Notes under the pieces: model-generated
Database searches by the model: none
Told to the model about the DNA's origin: nothing
What the model saw: the letters and a program-made list of their open reading frames with translations, nothing else
Shown here: positions 56,793-64,000 of the stretch, piece by piece
Layout: each line of letters begins with the position of its first letter
Numbering within the stretch: position 1 is the stretch's first letter
Assembly: GCA_910585375.1 (NCBI GenBank)
Contig: CAJUCZ010000006.1
Coordinates: 1,253 to 65,252 of the forward strand
From: an uncultured Alphaproteobacteria bacterium
Lineage (GTDB): Bacteria > Pseudomonadota > Alphaproteobacteria > RF32 > CAG-239
Length of the DNA stretch: 64,000 bases
Direction of reading: 5' to 3'
Translations under genes and position numbers: made by a program

Positions 56793-57464
56793 TTATGCAA
56801 CCGCTAAAAGGCTGTCAACCTTCTTCGCTGTTGCCTCGATTGTACCTGTCCCGTCCACACATCTGAGCAGGCCTTTCTGCTCAAAGTAAGGAATTGTCGG
56901 ATATGTATAAACACGATAATTGACGAGTCGATTCTGCACGGTCGTCCGGTTATCATCCAGACGGCGGTAAAAATCCGTGCCGCCGCACTTATCACAAACG
57001 CCGTAAACTTTGGGCTTGTGAAATTTGTCATGATACCCTTCCCCGCAGGTCATACAGGCATAACGTCCGAGAATACGCTCCATAATGATCTCATCGGGCA
57101 CTTGTATCTCAATAACGGCATCAAGCTTAATCCCTTTCTTGGCTAACAGCTCTTCCAAAGCTTCTGCCTGCGGCAGAGTTCTCGGAAACCCGTCCAGAAT
57201 AAAACCGTTCTTACAGTCATCTTCATCAATACGTTGCGAGACCATTTTAATAATCATTTCATCGGTCACAAAAGAACCGGCATCCAAAAGCTTTTTGATT
57301 TCGAGTCCCAGAGGAGTCGCTTTTGCAGCTTCGGCGCGCAGCATTTCTCCCGTTGACAAATGACAAATATTCACTTTTTCTTTCAGGAGTCGCGCCTGCG
57401 TTCCCTTACCGCAGCCAGGAGCGCCGGTAAAGACCAGATGCAAACCCAAACCGTTCTGATTCAT
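56793..57464 (-). CDS. adk: Adenylate kinase (long form with a Cys4 zinc lid)
   Basis: P-loop GAPGCGKGTQ. Lid: CMTCGEGYH...CDKCGG. The start overlaps the secY stop by 1 nt. Confidence 0.95.
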   Translation of the reverse strand: MNQNGLGLHLVFTGAPGCGKGTQARLLKEKVNICHLSTGEMLRAEAAKATPLGLEIKKLLDAGSFVTDEMIIKMVSQRIDEDDCKNGFILDGFPRTLPQAEALEELLAKKGIKLDAVIEIQVPDEIIMERILGRYACMTCGEGYHDKFHKPKVYGVCDKCGGTDFYRRLDDNRTTVQNRLVNYRVYTYPTIPYFEQKGLLRCVDGTGTIEATAKKVDSLLAVA

Positions 57465-58816
57465 TATCTTCTCTTTCCTTTTCCGGCCAAAGAAGCTTTT
57501 TTAATCAAGGATTCGTATTGATAAGCAATCAGGTGAGACTGAACCTGTCCGACAAAATCCATGGTAACCTGAACCACGATCAAAAGCGTTGTACCGCCCA
57601 AAACAAACGGAACGGAAAGACGGCTGATTAAAATTTCCGGCAAGATACACAAAGCCACCAGATAAACCGCGCCCAAAACCGTCAGACGGGTAACAACATA
57701 GTCAAGATACTCGGCTGTGTTTTTCCCCGGACGAATACCGGCAATAAAACCGCCGTGTTTTTTCAAATTATCGGCCGTTTCTTCCGGATTGAACACAATC
57801 GCGGTATAAAAGAAAGCAAAAAACAAAATCAAACCGGCATACAATGTCAGATACAACGGCTGTCCGTGACCAAGCAGCTGGCTCAAAGTCTGAACCCAGG
57901 CCGGTCCGCTTTCGGCGCTGAAATTGGCAATCGTAATCGGCAACAGCAGCAAAGAACTGGCAAAAATCGGCGGAATAACACCGGTCGGATTAATTTTTAA
58001 CGGCAGGTGGGAGCTTTCGGCCGTACTGCCGCCCAACATAGCCTGACGCTTCGGATATTGAATCGTAATTTTTCTCTGGGCTCTTTCGACCAGAACAATG
58101 GTATAAATCAAAACAATCACCATAATCATCAACAAGGCAATCACCCCCAAAGACATGGAACCGACACGTCCCAGTTCAAAGGTCTTGGCCAAGGCCGACG
58201 GAATATTGGCAATAATACCGACCGTAATAATCAGGGAAGAGCCGTTACCGACACCGCGCGCCGTAATCTGCTCGCCCAACCAGACGATAAACATCGTGCC
58301 GCCAACCAGAGAAACGACTGTTGTAAACTTAAAGGTAAAACCCGGATCAACCACGGCAGAGGCACCGGCAGCACCGGTCATCCCTTCCAAACCGACGGCA
58401 ATACCGTACCCTTGGATAATGGTAATCAAAACCGTCAGAATACGGGTATATTGCGTAATCTTGCGATGCCCTGCTTCGCCTTCCTTCTTCAGCGCCCCCA
58501 GAGACGGAATAACCGACTGCCCGAGCTGAACAATAATAGAAGCCGAAATATACGGCATGATGTTAAGAGCAAAAATGGTCATACGCTCTAACGCACCACC
58601 GGCAAACATATTAAACATTCCGAGGATACCGCCGGAATTTCTGTTAAAAATATCAGCCAGAATATGCGGATCAATCCCCGGCAGCGGGATAAATGTTCCC
58701 AACCGGAAAACGATTAAGGCCAAAATTGTAAACCACAATCTTTTCTTTAGTTCTTCAGCTTTGCTAAAAGCAGACATATCAAGATTCGCTGCCATTTTTT
58801 CTGCAAGAGAAACCAT
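57464..58816 (-). CDS. secY: Preprotein translocase subunit SecY
   Basis: 450 aa, 10-TM pattern, with LGTFIPLPGID and FALNIMPYISASII. Confidence 0.97.
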   Translation of the reverse strand: MVSLAEKMAANLDMSAFSKAEELKKRLWFTILALIVFRLGTFIPLPGIDPHILADIFNRNSGGILGMFNMFAGGALERMTIFALNIMPYISASIIVQLGQSVIPSLGALKKEGEAGHRKITQYTRILTVLITIIQGYGIAVGLEGMTGAAGASAVVDPGFTFKFTTVVSLVGGTMFIVWLGEQITARGVGNGSSLIITVGIIANIPSALAKTFELGRVGSMSLGVIALLMIMVIVLIYTIVLVERAQRKITIQYPKRQAMLGGSTAESSHLPLKINPTGVIPPIFASSLLLLPITIANFSAESGPAWVQTLSQLLGHGQPLYLTLYAGLILFFAFFYTAIVFNPEETADNLKKHGGFIAGIRPGKNTAEYLDYVVTRLTVLGAVYLVALCILPEILISRLSVPFVLGGTTLLIVVQVTMDFVGQVQSHLIAYQYESLIKKASLAGKGKRR

Positions 58817-58881
58817 TTTTACTTCCTTATTTTATTTTTAAACAACCAAGCAAGGGAAATTTTCCCTTTTAAACTAAGCTA

Positions 58882-58909
58882 GTTATACACGAAAAAAATT
58901 TTAATTCAA
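58882..58909 (-). promoter_or_regulatory. Candidate promoter for secY-adk
   Basis: Minus strand: TTGAAT (58909-58904), a 16-nt spacer, then TATAAC (58887-58882). A promoter is needed here because a terminator and an insertion separate secY from rplO. A 17-nt inverted repeat aagggaaa-t-tttccctt (58852-58868) lies in the leader. Confidence 0.35.
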
Positions 58910-59033
58910 CAAAATTATCCATTTACACCATAAGAATAAAACAATTCTCTAAATATTCAACAAAACATTTACAAAAAAACACCTGTCTTTTATCCTAAAT
59001 AGGAATGCAATTTCTGATTTGAACGAGAAAAAC

Positions 59034-59500
59034 ATGGAAGAAAAAGTTTTCAGATACTCAATGAAAGCCATTATTATAAAAAAACGGAAAGTTGTTGGCA
59101 GAAAGCTGCGATTACGGACAAGGACGTTTTTGTAAACTCCCCGGCGGCGGACACCAATGGGGAGAAACGATAGAACAAGCACTTATGCGCGAATGCAAGA
59201 AGAATTAAATATCGAGGTTAAACCTCTCAGACTGCTCTTTGTACGGGACTACATTGCCAAGAATCATTACATGACCTTGGATCTTCCCTGTTTTCATCTG
59301 GCCGAACTCATGTTTGAATGTCAGGTATCTGATTTTCCCCCTTGGGACCGGGCTCGGAACCGGACAATCCTGCACAACGAATAAAATGGCTGAACATAGA
59401 CACACTGGCAGATTCTGATTTTTACCTTAAAACAATCATTCCTTACTTAAAAAAGCTAAAAGACATCAAAGAAACCATTATTCTTGGTGATATAAACTGA
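59034..59500 (+). pseudogene. Nudix hydrolase gene disrupted by three frameshifts
   Basis: My translation in three frames joins to MEEKVFRYSMKAIII / KNGKLLAESCDYGQGRFCKLPGGGHQWGETIEQALMRECK / EELNIEVKPLRLLFVRDY...ECQVSDF / PLGPGSEPDNPAQRIKWLNIDTL...ILGDIN. The Nudix box (GGGx5Ex7REcxEElxiE) is split. Frame changes occur at an A7 run, at aagaag, and at a C5 run. Confidence 0.7.
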
Positions 59501-59548
59501 CAGCCCTCCTCCTCTGACAGAGATTACATCTCCTCTCCCGTTAAAAAC

Positions 59549-59585
59549 AAAAAAAACGGCTTCATACGAAACCGCTTTTTATCTT
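59549..59585. terminator. Bidirectional terminator-like hairpin between the Nudix remnant and the 64-aa gene
   Basis: A8, then stem cggcttc/gaaaccg (one mismatch), then T5. On the minus strand it is followed by T8. Confidence 0.5.
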
Positions 59586-59605
59586 TTGGAAAAAAATGAT
59601 GACTG

Positions 59606-59800
59606 TTAGTAACCGCGATGATAACGGCGCAGCTTTTGCAACCCGATACAGAACAAAGCTACCCAGCATGAAATACCGGCCGTAATCAATGACCACTGGG
59701 AAATAATCATATTTCCCTTAAATCCGGCTGTCCAGAACAAAACAACGCCAGCCATCGCAATAACCAATGCAACAGTAAAAATTTTTTCTAATCTTTCCAT
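59606..59800 (-). CDS. Small two-TM membrane protein with a basic C-terminus
   Basis: 64 aa: IFTVALVIAMAGVVLFW and WSLITAGISCWVALFCIGL, then KLRRYHRGY. It has a promoter-like repeat upstream and a terminator downstream, but no obvious Shine-Dalgarno. Confidence 0.45.
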   Translation of the reverse strand: MERLEKIFTVALVIAMAGVVLFWTAGFKGNMIISQWSLITAGISCWVALFCIGLQKLRRYHRGY

Positions 59801-59865
59801 ATTTTTTAATTTTTATGAGGCAGCACCTCGTTAATAAATATCTTAATAATCTCAAATTATAAATT

Positions 59866-59894
59866 ACCATATCACACTTTTATGTCTACAATAA
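59866..59894 (-). promoter_or_regulatory. Candidate promoter (copy A of the duplicated ~40-nt element)
   Basis: Minus strand: TTATTG, 17 nt, TATGGT. It lies within a 40-nt stretch that is about 85% identical to 60385-60424. Confidence 0.4.
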
Positions 59895-59950
59895 GCATTT
59901 TTGACATAAAACATAACGAACATTCCTTAACAAACCCAAAACCGCAGCTG

Positions 59951-60334
59951 CTACAAACCTCGCATTTTGACCGATCCATTCAGCACAGGATTAAACATCC
60001 CATCCAAAACAGATGCCGCCATCTGCTTTACAAAAAGTTTATAATCAACAATTCTTGCCGCTGAATTTATGTTTTTAAAATCCTCAATTGCAAAATTAGT
60101 CAAAAGCACTAGCGCCGCAAGACAAGGTTCGGAAAAAAGAATCTCCTTCAGTTGCCCATTTTCGGCATAACGATGTGCTCTGCTCATTAAATCCTGAATT
60201 TCTGTCAGTTTTTCCTCTTCTTGATCTTGGGTTAAAGTACCTTCTTTCAACAAATTTTTAATTTTTGTCATTTGCTCAAAAATTTCTACCTGTTCCTTCA
60301 GATACTCAATCACTGTTTTTTTTATTTCTTCCAT
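59951..60334 (-). CDS. Acidic helical protein, unknown function
   Basis: 127 aa, MEEIKKTVIEYLKEQVEIFEQ.... It has a promoter-like repeat upstream and no obvious Shine-Dalgarno. It lies in an AT-rich island. Confidence 0.5.
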   Translation of the reverse strand: MEEIKKTVIEYLKEQVEIFEQMTKIKNLLKEGTLTQDQEEEKLTEIQDLMSRAHRYAENGQLKEILFSEPCLAALVLLTNFAIEDFKNINSAARIVDYKLFVKQMAASVLDGMFNPVLNGSVKMRGL

Positions 60335-60335
60335 A

Positions 60336-60377
60336 ATATTTTAATAATTTTCATTAATATTTTAATAATTTTCATTC
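60336..60377. repeat. Perfect 21-bp tandem duplication immediately upstream of the 127-aa ORF start
   Basis: aatattttaataattttcatt occurs twice (60336-60356 and 60357-60377). Confidence 0.9.
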
Positions 60378-60383
60378 AAGATA

Positions 60384-60412
60384 ACTATATCACATTTTCA
60401 TGTCTACATCAA
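60384..60412 (-). promoter_or_regulatory. Candidate promoter (copy B of the duplicated element)
   Basis: Minus strand: TTGATG (60412-60407), 17 nt, TATAGT (60389-60384). Confidence 0.4.
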
Positions 60413-60439
60413 GTATTTTTGACAAAATTCCACAAATAC

Positions 60440-60469
60440 AAAAAGGCGGGACAATTATCCCGCCTTTTC
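60440..60469 (-). terminator. Rho-independent terminator directly after rplO
   Basis: Stem ggcggga/tcccgcc (60445-60464), followed by T5 on the minus strand. Confidence 0.8.
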
Positions 60470-60493
60470 ATTAAATCGTTTTCTGCTTCTTGG

Positions 60494-60946
60494 CTAGATA
60501 AGGTTAACCTTACCACCGGCTTTTTCAACAGCTTCAACAGCTGCCTTGGAAGCAGAATTAACACTGATAACAACTTTGGCTGTCAATGCACCGCGAGCCA
60601 ACAAACGAACACCGTCCAACTTTTTGGAAACAATGCCCGCACTCATCAATGCCTCAACATCAATAGCCTCTGCCTTCAATTTGCCGGCATCAACAGCTTT
60701 TTGAATAGTGTCAAGGTTAACTACTGCAAACTCTTTAGAAAACGGATTATTAAAACCGCGTTTCGGAAGTCTGCGGTAGATAGGCATTTGGCCGCCTTCA
60801 AAACCGTTAACGGCAACACCGGAGCGGGATTTCTGGCCTTTAACACCACGACCGGCAGTTTTACCGGAACCGCTGCCGATACCGCGGGCTACGCGTTTGC
60901 GAGACTTTCTGGCGCCTTCGTTATCTTTAATTTCATTCAATTTCAT
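60494..60946 (-). CDS. rplO: 50S ribosomal protein L15
   Basis: [39 protein letters not shown]. Confidence 0.97.
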   Translation of the reverse strand: MKLNEIKDNEGARKSRKRVARGIGSGSGKTAGRGVKGQKSRSGVAVNGFEGGQMPIYRRLPKRGFNNPFSKEFAVVNLDTIQKAVDAGKLKAEAIDVEALMSAGIVSKKLDGVRLLARGALTAKVVISVNSASKAAVEAVEKAGGKVNLI

Positions 60947-61011
60947 ATCTATTCACCTTAAATAATCGGAGTTAGGCGCCGACAAATGTAAAACTTTTGC
61001 CGGCAACCGGA

Positions 61012-61200
61012 CTACTCTTCAACTTTAACCAAATGAGCCACCTTTTTAATCATCCCGCGTACCGAAGGAGTATCCTCCAAAACCGATACTTTATGCATTT
61101 TGTTCAGGCCCAGCCCTTTAAGAGTGGCTTCCTGATCAGCCGGACGATTAACCGCGCTTCTGATTTGAGTAACTTTAATAGTTTTTTTATTTGCTGACAT
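61012..61200 (-). CDS. rpmD: 50S ribosomal protein L30
   Basis: 62 aa. [30 protein letters not shown]. Confidence 0.95.
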   Translation of the reverse strand: MSANKKTIKVTQIRSAVNRPADQEATLKGLGLNKMHKVSVLEDTPSVRGMIKKVAHLVKVEE

Positions 61201-61203
61201 CGA

Positions 61204-61767
61204 TTAAGCCTCCTCAACTGAAAGTTTTGCATTTGAAGAGTTTTCACGACGGCTAACAATATCACCGACCTTTTTGCCGCGTTTGGCAGCAACCATTCTC
61301 GGAGAATTGATAGATTGCAAAGCGTCAAAAGTTGCCTTAATCATATTGTAAGGGTTGTTGGAACCCAAAGATTTAGCAACAACGTCTTGCACGCCCAAAA
61401 CTTCAAAAATAGCACGCATCGGGCCACCGGCAATAACACCGGTACCGGCAGGCGCTGTTCTCAGAACAACTTTACCCGCACCAAAACGTCCGTGAACGTC
61501 ATGATGAAGGGTTCTGCCCTCACGCAGCGGAATGCGAACCATATTTTTCTTAGCTTCATTGGTAGCTTTGACAATAGCATCGGGAACCTCGGTTGCCTTG
61601 CCGGAACCATAGCCGACACGGCCTTTCTGGTCACCGACAACAACAACAGCGGCAAAGGACATATTGCGTCCGCCCTTAACAGTTTTAGCTACGCGGTTAA
61701 TATGAACCAGTTTCTCAACCAATTCATCTTTCTTTTCTGCCTTACGACGATCTACAGCTTGTGCCAT
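61204..61767 (-). CDS. rpsE: 30S ribosomal protein S5
   Basis: [36 protein letters not shown] and [12 protein letters not shown]. Confidence 0.97.
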   Translation of the reverse strand: MAQAVDRRKAEKKDELVEKLVHINRVAKTVKGGRNMSFAAVVVVGDQKGRVGYGSGKATEVPDAIVKATNEAKKNMVRIPLREGRTLHHDVHGRFGAGKVVLRTAPAGTGVIAGGPMRAIFEVLGVQDVVAKSLGSNNPYNMIKATFDALQSINSPRMVAAKRGKKVGDIVSRRENSSNAKLSVEEA

Positions 61768-61778
61768 AACATAATCTC

Positions 61779-62144
61779 CTAGAATTTCAGACCAGCTTCA
61801 CGAGCTGCGTCAGCCAAAGCTTTAACACGACCATGGTAGATGTAACCGCCTCTGTCAAAGACAACTTCACTTACACCGGATTTCAATGCTCTTTCGGCAA
61901 CAGTCTTACCAATAATGCTGGCAGCCTCAATGGTAGAAGACTTTTTAATCTGGTCTCTGATTTCTTTGTCCAAGGTAGAAGCAGAAGCTACGGTAGCACC
62001 TTTGGCATCGTCAATAACCTGCACGTAAATATGCTTTCCGCTGCGAAATACAGACAGTCTCATCCTTCCATTCGCAGCTTTTTTCAAAGCTGTTCTTACG
62101 CGGCTTTTTCTTTTTTCAAATAACTCTTTTGGCGTATTCATCAA
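61779..62144 (-). CDS. rplR: 50S ribosomal protein L18
   Basis: [18 protein letters not shown]...[28 protein letters not shown]. Confidence 0.97.
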   Translation of the reverse strand: MMNTPKELFEKRKSRVRTALKKAANGRMRLSVFRSGKHIYVQVIDDAKGATVASASTLDKEIRDQIKKSSTIEAASIIGKTVAERALKSGVSEVVFDRGGYIYHGRVKALADAAREAGLKF

Positions 62145-62152
62145 ATTAATCC

Positions 62153-62692
62153 TTATTTCTTCTTGCCTTCTTTACGACGTACGTATTCGCCTTCGTATCT
62201 GATACCTTTTCCTTTGTAAGGTTCAGGTTTTCTGAACTCGCGAATTTCTGCCGCAGTCTGGCCGACTAATTGCTTATCCGCACCGGAGATACAAATCTGT
62301 GTCGGGCTTGCGCAAGAAACTTTCAAACCTTCGGGAACCTCAAAAATAACATCATGAGAATATCCCAGAGAAAGTACCAGCTTGCGGGAACCTTCAACAC
62401 GGGCTTTATAACCAACGCCCAACAGTTCCATATTCTTAGAAAAGCCTTCGTTAACGCCTTTAACCATAGTGTTAATTCTGGCTCTTGTCGTGCCCCACAA
62501 AGTTCTAGCCTGTTTCGTATCTGACAACGGAGAAACAGTAACAGCATTGTTTTCAACTTTTGCAGCGACATGGCTATCGTCAAAAGCGTAGCTCAGTTCG
62601 CCCAATTTACCTTTAGCGGTAACAACGTTATTGTTAATATCAACCGTAACGCCGTTCGGGATAATAACCGGATATTTTCCAACTCTAGACAT
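62153..62692 (-). CDS. rplF: 50S ribosomal protein L6
   Basis: [17 protein letters not shown]...LGVGYKA...[11 protein letters not shown]. Confidence 0.97.
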   Translation of the reverse strand: MSRVGKYPVIIPNGVTVDINNNVVTAKGKLGELSYAFDDSHVAAKVENNAVTVSPLSDTKQARTLWGTTRARINTMVKGVNEGFSKNMELLGVGYKARVEGSRKLVLSLGYSHDVIFEVPEGLKVSCASPTQICISGADKQLVGQTAAEIREFRKPEPYKGKGIRYEGEYVRRKEGKKK

Positions 62693-62704
62693 CCATTTTC
62701 TCCC

Positions 62705-63103
62705 TTAAAATACCTGACACAAAATTTCACCGCCGACATTGGCTTTGCGGGCTTCATGGTCACTCATAACACCTTGCGGCGTAGAGATGATGGAAATACC
62801 CAAACCATTGTATACTCTCGGCAAATCTTTAACGCTTGAGTATACGCGTCTGCCCGGAGTGGACACGCGGTAAATTTCTGTAATTACACCAGTACCTTCA
62901 TGGTACTTCAATTGAATACGAAGCTCATCAACGCCGGCACGAACATTAACTCTTTCATAACCGGAAATGTAGCCTTCTTTCTTCAAAACTTCCAAAACAT
63001 TTTCACGCAGGCGGGAAGCAGGTGATACAACATCACTTTTCTTAGCCCTTTGTGCGTTTCTGATGCGTGTGAGCATATCGCCCAAAGTATCTGACATAGA
63101 CAT
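62705..63103 (-). CDS. rpsH: 30S ribosomal protein S8
   Basis: [18 protein letters not shown]...GGEILCQVF. Confidence 0.97.
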   Translation of the reverse strand: MSMSDTLGDMLTRIRNAQRAKKSDVVSPASRLRENVLEVLKKEGYISGYERVNVRAGVDELRIQLKYHEGTGVITEIYRVSTPGRRVYSSVKDLPRVYNGLGISIISTPQGVMSDHEARKANVGGEILCQVF

Positions 63104-63115
63104 TATCTCACTCTC

Positions 63116-63421
63116 CTACCAACTAGATTTTACCAACCCGGGAATTTCACCGAAGCCGGCCATGTCTCTGAGCTCGGAACGGCCCAGACCGAATTTCCTG
63201 TAATAACCGCGGGAACGGCCTGTAAGTTTGCAACGGTTTCTGAAACGAATACGTGCAGAGTTACGCGGCAGTTCTGCCAATTTAAGAGTCGCCTGGAATC
63301 TTTCTTCTGGAGAAATAGTCTTGTCCATAACGATATCTTTAAGCTTCTGACGGCGGTTAGCAAATTTTGCCGCCATCTTGGCTCTTTTCAGATTTTTAAA
63401 AACTGAACTTGTTTTTGCCAT
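63116..63421 (-). CDS. rpsN: 30S ribosomal protein S14 (long, non-zinc form)
   Basis: 101 aa. LPRNSARIRFRNRCKLTGRSRGYYRKFGLGRSELRDMAGFGEIPGLVKSSW. Confidence 0.97.
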   Translation of the reverse strand: MAKTSSVFKNLKRAKMAAKFANRRQKLKDIVMDKTISPEERFQATLKLAELPRNSARIRFRNRCKLTGRSRGYYRKFGLGRSELRDMAGFGEIPGLVKSSW

Positions 63422-63435
63422 AGTAAAATCTCCGT

Positions 63436-63975
63436 CTATTTCTTGCAGGGCAAGTTAAAACCGGTAAGAAGAGCTTTAGCTTCTTCGTCAGTCTTTGCAG
63501 TTGTACAAATGACCACATCCAAACCACGGACATTTTCTACCTTGTCGTAGTTAATTTCAGGGAAAATGATCTGTTCTTTAATACCGAAAGCAAAGTTACC
63601 TTTACCATCGAAGTTTTTACCGGAGATTCCGTGAAAGTCTCTCACACGCGGCAAAGCCATATTAATCAATCTCTCGAGGAACTCATACATTCTGTCGGAA
63701 CGCAGCGTTACCTTACAACCAATCGGCATACCTTCTCTCAGCTTAAAAGTCGCAATAGATTTGCGGGCTTTTGTAATAACCGGTTTCTGACCGGCAATCA
63801 AAGCCAGCTCATCAGCGGCATTATTCAGCTTTTTCTTGTCTGTAACGGCATCACCGACGCCCATATTCAAGACAATTTTAGTCAGTTTAGGTATCTCATG
63901 TTTGTTCTGGTAACCGAACTTCTCAACAAGAGATTTTTTTATGACCTCATTATATAACTTTTCAAAATTTGTCAT
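63436..63975 (-). CDS. rplE: 50S ribosomal protein L5
   Basis: P+L+[22 protein letters not shown], and [16 protein letters not shown]. Confidence 0.97.
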   Translation of the reverse strand: MTNFEKLYNEVIKKSLVEKFGYQNKHEIPKLTKIVLNMGVGDAVTDKKKLNNAADELALIAGQKPVITKARKSIATFKLREGMPIGCKVTLRSDRMYEFLERLINMALPRVRDFHGISGKNFDGKGNFAFGIKEQIIFPEINYDKVENVRGLDVVICTTAKTDEEAKALLTGFNLPCKK

Positions 63976-64000
63976 AAATTTTTCTCCTATTTATCGATTA

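Noticed and set aside
60336-60377. Tandem repeats considered as a CRISPR array (also 44451-44510 and 40241-40285)
   Set aside because: There are only two or three directly abutting copies with no spacers. Two of the three sets lie inside coding sequence. No cas genes are present.
58817-60493. Calling the rplO-secY insert (and the rpoA-rplQ insert) a mobile element
   Set aside because: I could find no integrase, transposase or recombinase gene, no flanking direct or inverted repeats, and no tRNA attachment site. Only composition and context suggest foreign origin.
63976-64000. Possible 3' end of rplX (L24) upstream of rplE
   Set aside because: Gene order makes it likely, but only about 12-25 nt are in the window. 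That is too little to establish frame or identity.

Overview
The window is mostly conserved housekeeping chromosome, probably from an alphaproteobacterium. Three things support that: a GAAC-N7-GAAC SOS box upstream of umuDC, the spc/alpha ribosomal cluster ordered secY-adk-rpsM with no rpmJ or infA, and a fliL-fliM-MotE-like flagellar block. GC looks moderate by eye.

Gene content, left to right:
- xseB-ispA, an ArsR-type regulator, then a minus-strand string ending in an extremely cysteine-rich secreted protein.
- A minus-strand operon: Memo/AMMECR1 fusion, M49-like peptidase, sdaA. Then a HAD hydrolase and serS.
- Three secreted or membrane proteins of unknown function, including a 947-aa protein with a prepilin-like N-terminus.
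- fliL-fliM plus three uncharacterised genes, running directly into uvrB.
- DsbA-like protein, DUF47 plus PiT phosphate transporter, mrp/apbC, hflK-hflC-htrA-holC, galU.
- A 1410-aa AsmA-like protein, then the nucleoside catabolic operon cdd-PNP-deoC-deoA.
- Two tandem, paralogous giant proteins (1117 and about 971 aa) with no recognisable family.
- ldcA, umuDC, a peroxiredoxin, a K+/H+ antiporter plus K+ channel, cspA.
- The ribosomal cluster rplE...rplO / secY-adk / rpsM-rpsK-rpoA / rplQ.

I found no rRNA, tRNA, CRISPR array, transposase or integrase.

Most interesting:
1. The paralogous giant proteins, which share a glycine-rich hydrophobic module.
2. The prepilin-like giant protein and its Cys-containing neighbours.
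3. The roughly 13% cysteine secreted protein.
4. Two AT-rich insertions that break the normally invariant rplO-secY and rpoA-rplQ junctions. Each is bounded by terminators. One carries a frameshifted Nudix gene and duplicated promoter-like repeats. The other carries a strongly G-depleted tract of about 250 nt.
5. A UmuD that looks pre-processed and non-cleavable.

All functional calls come from reading motifs in the supplied translations. No database search was run.
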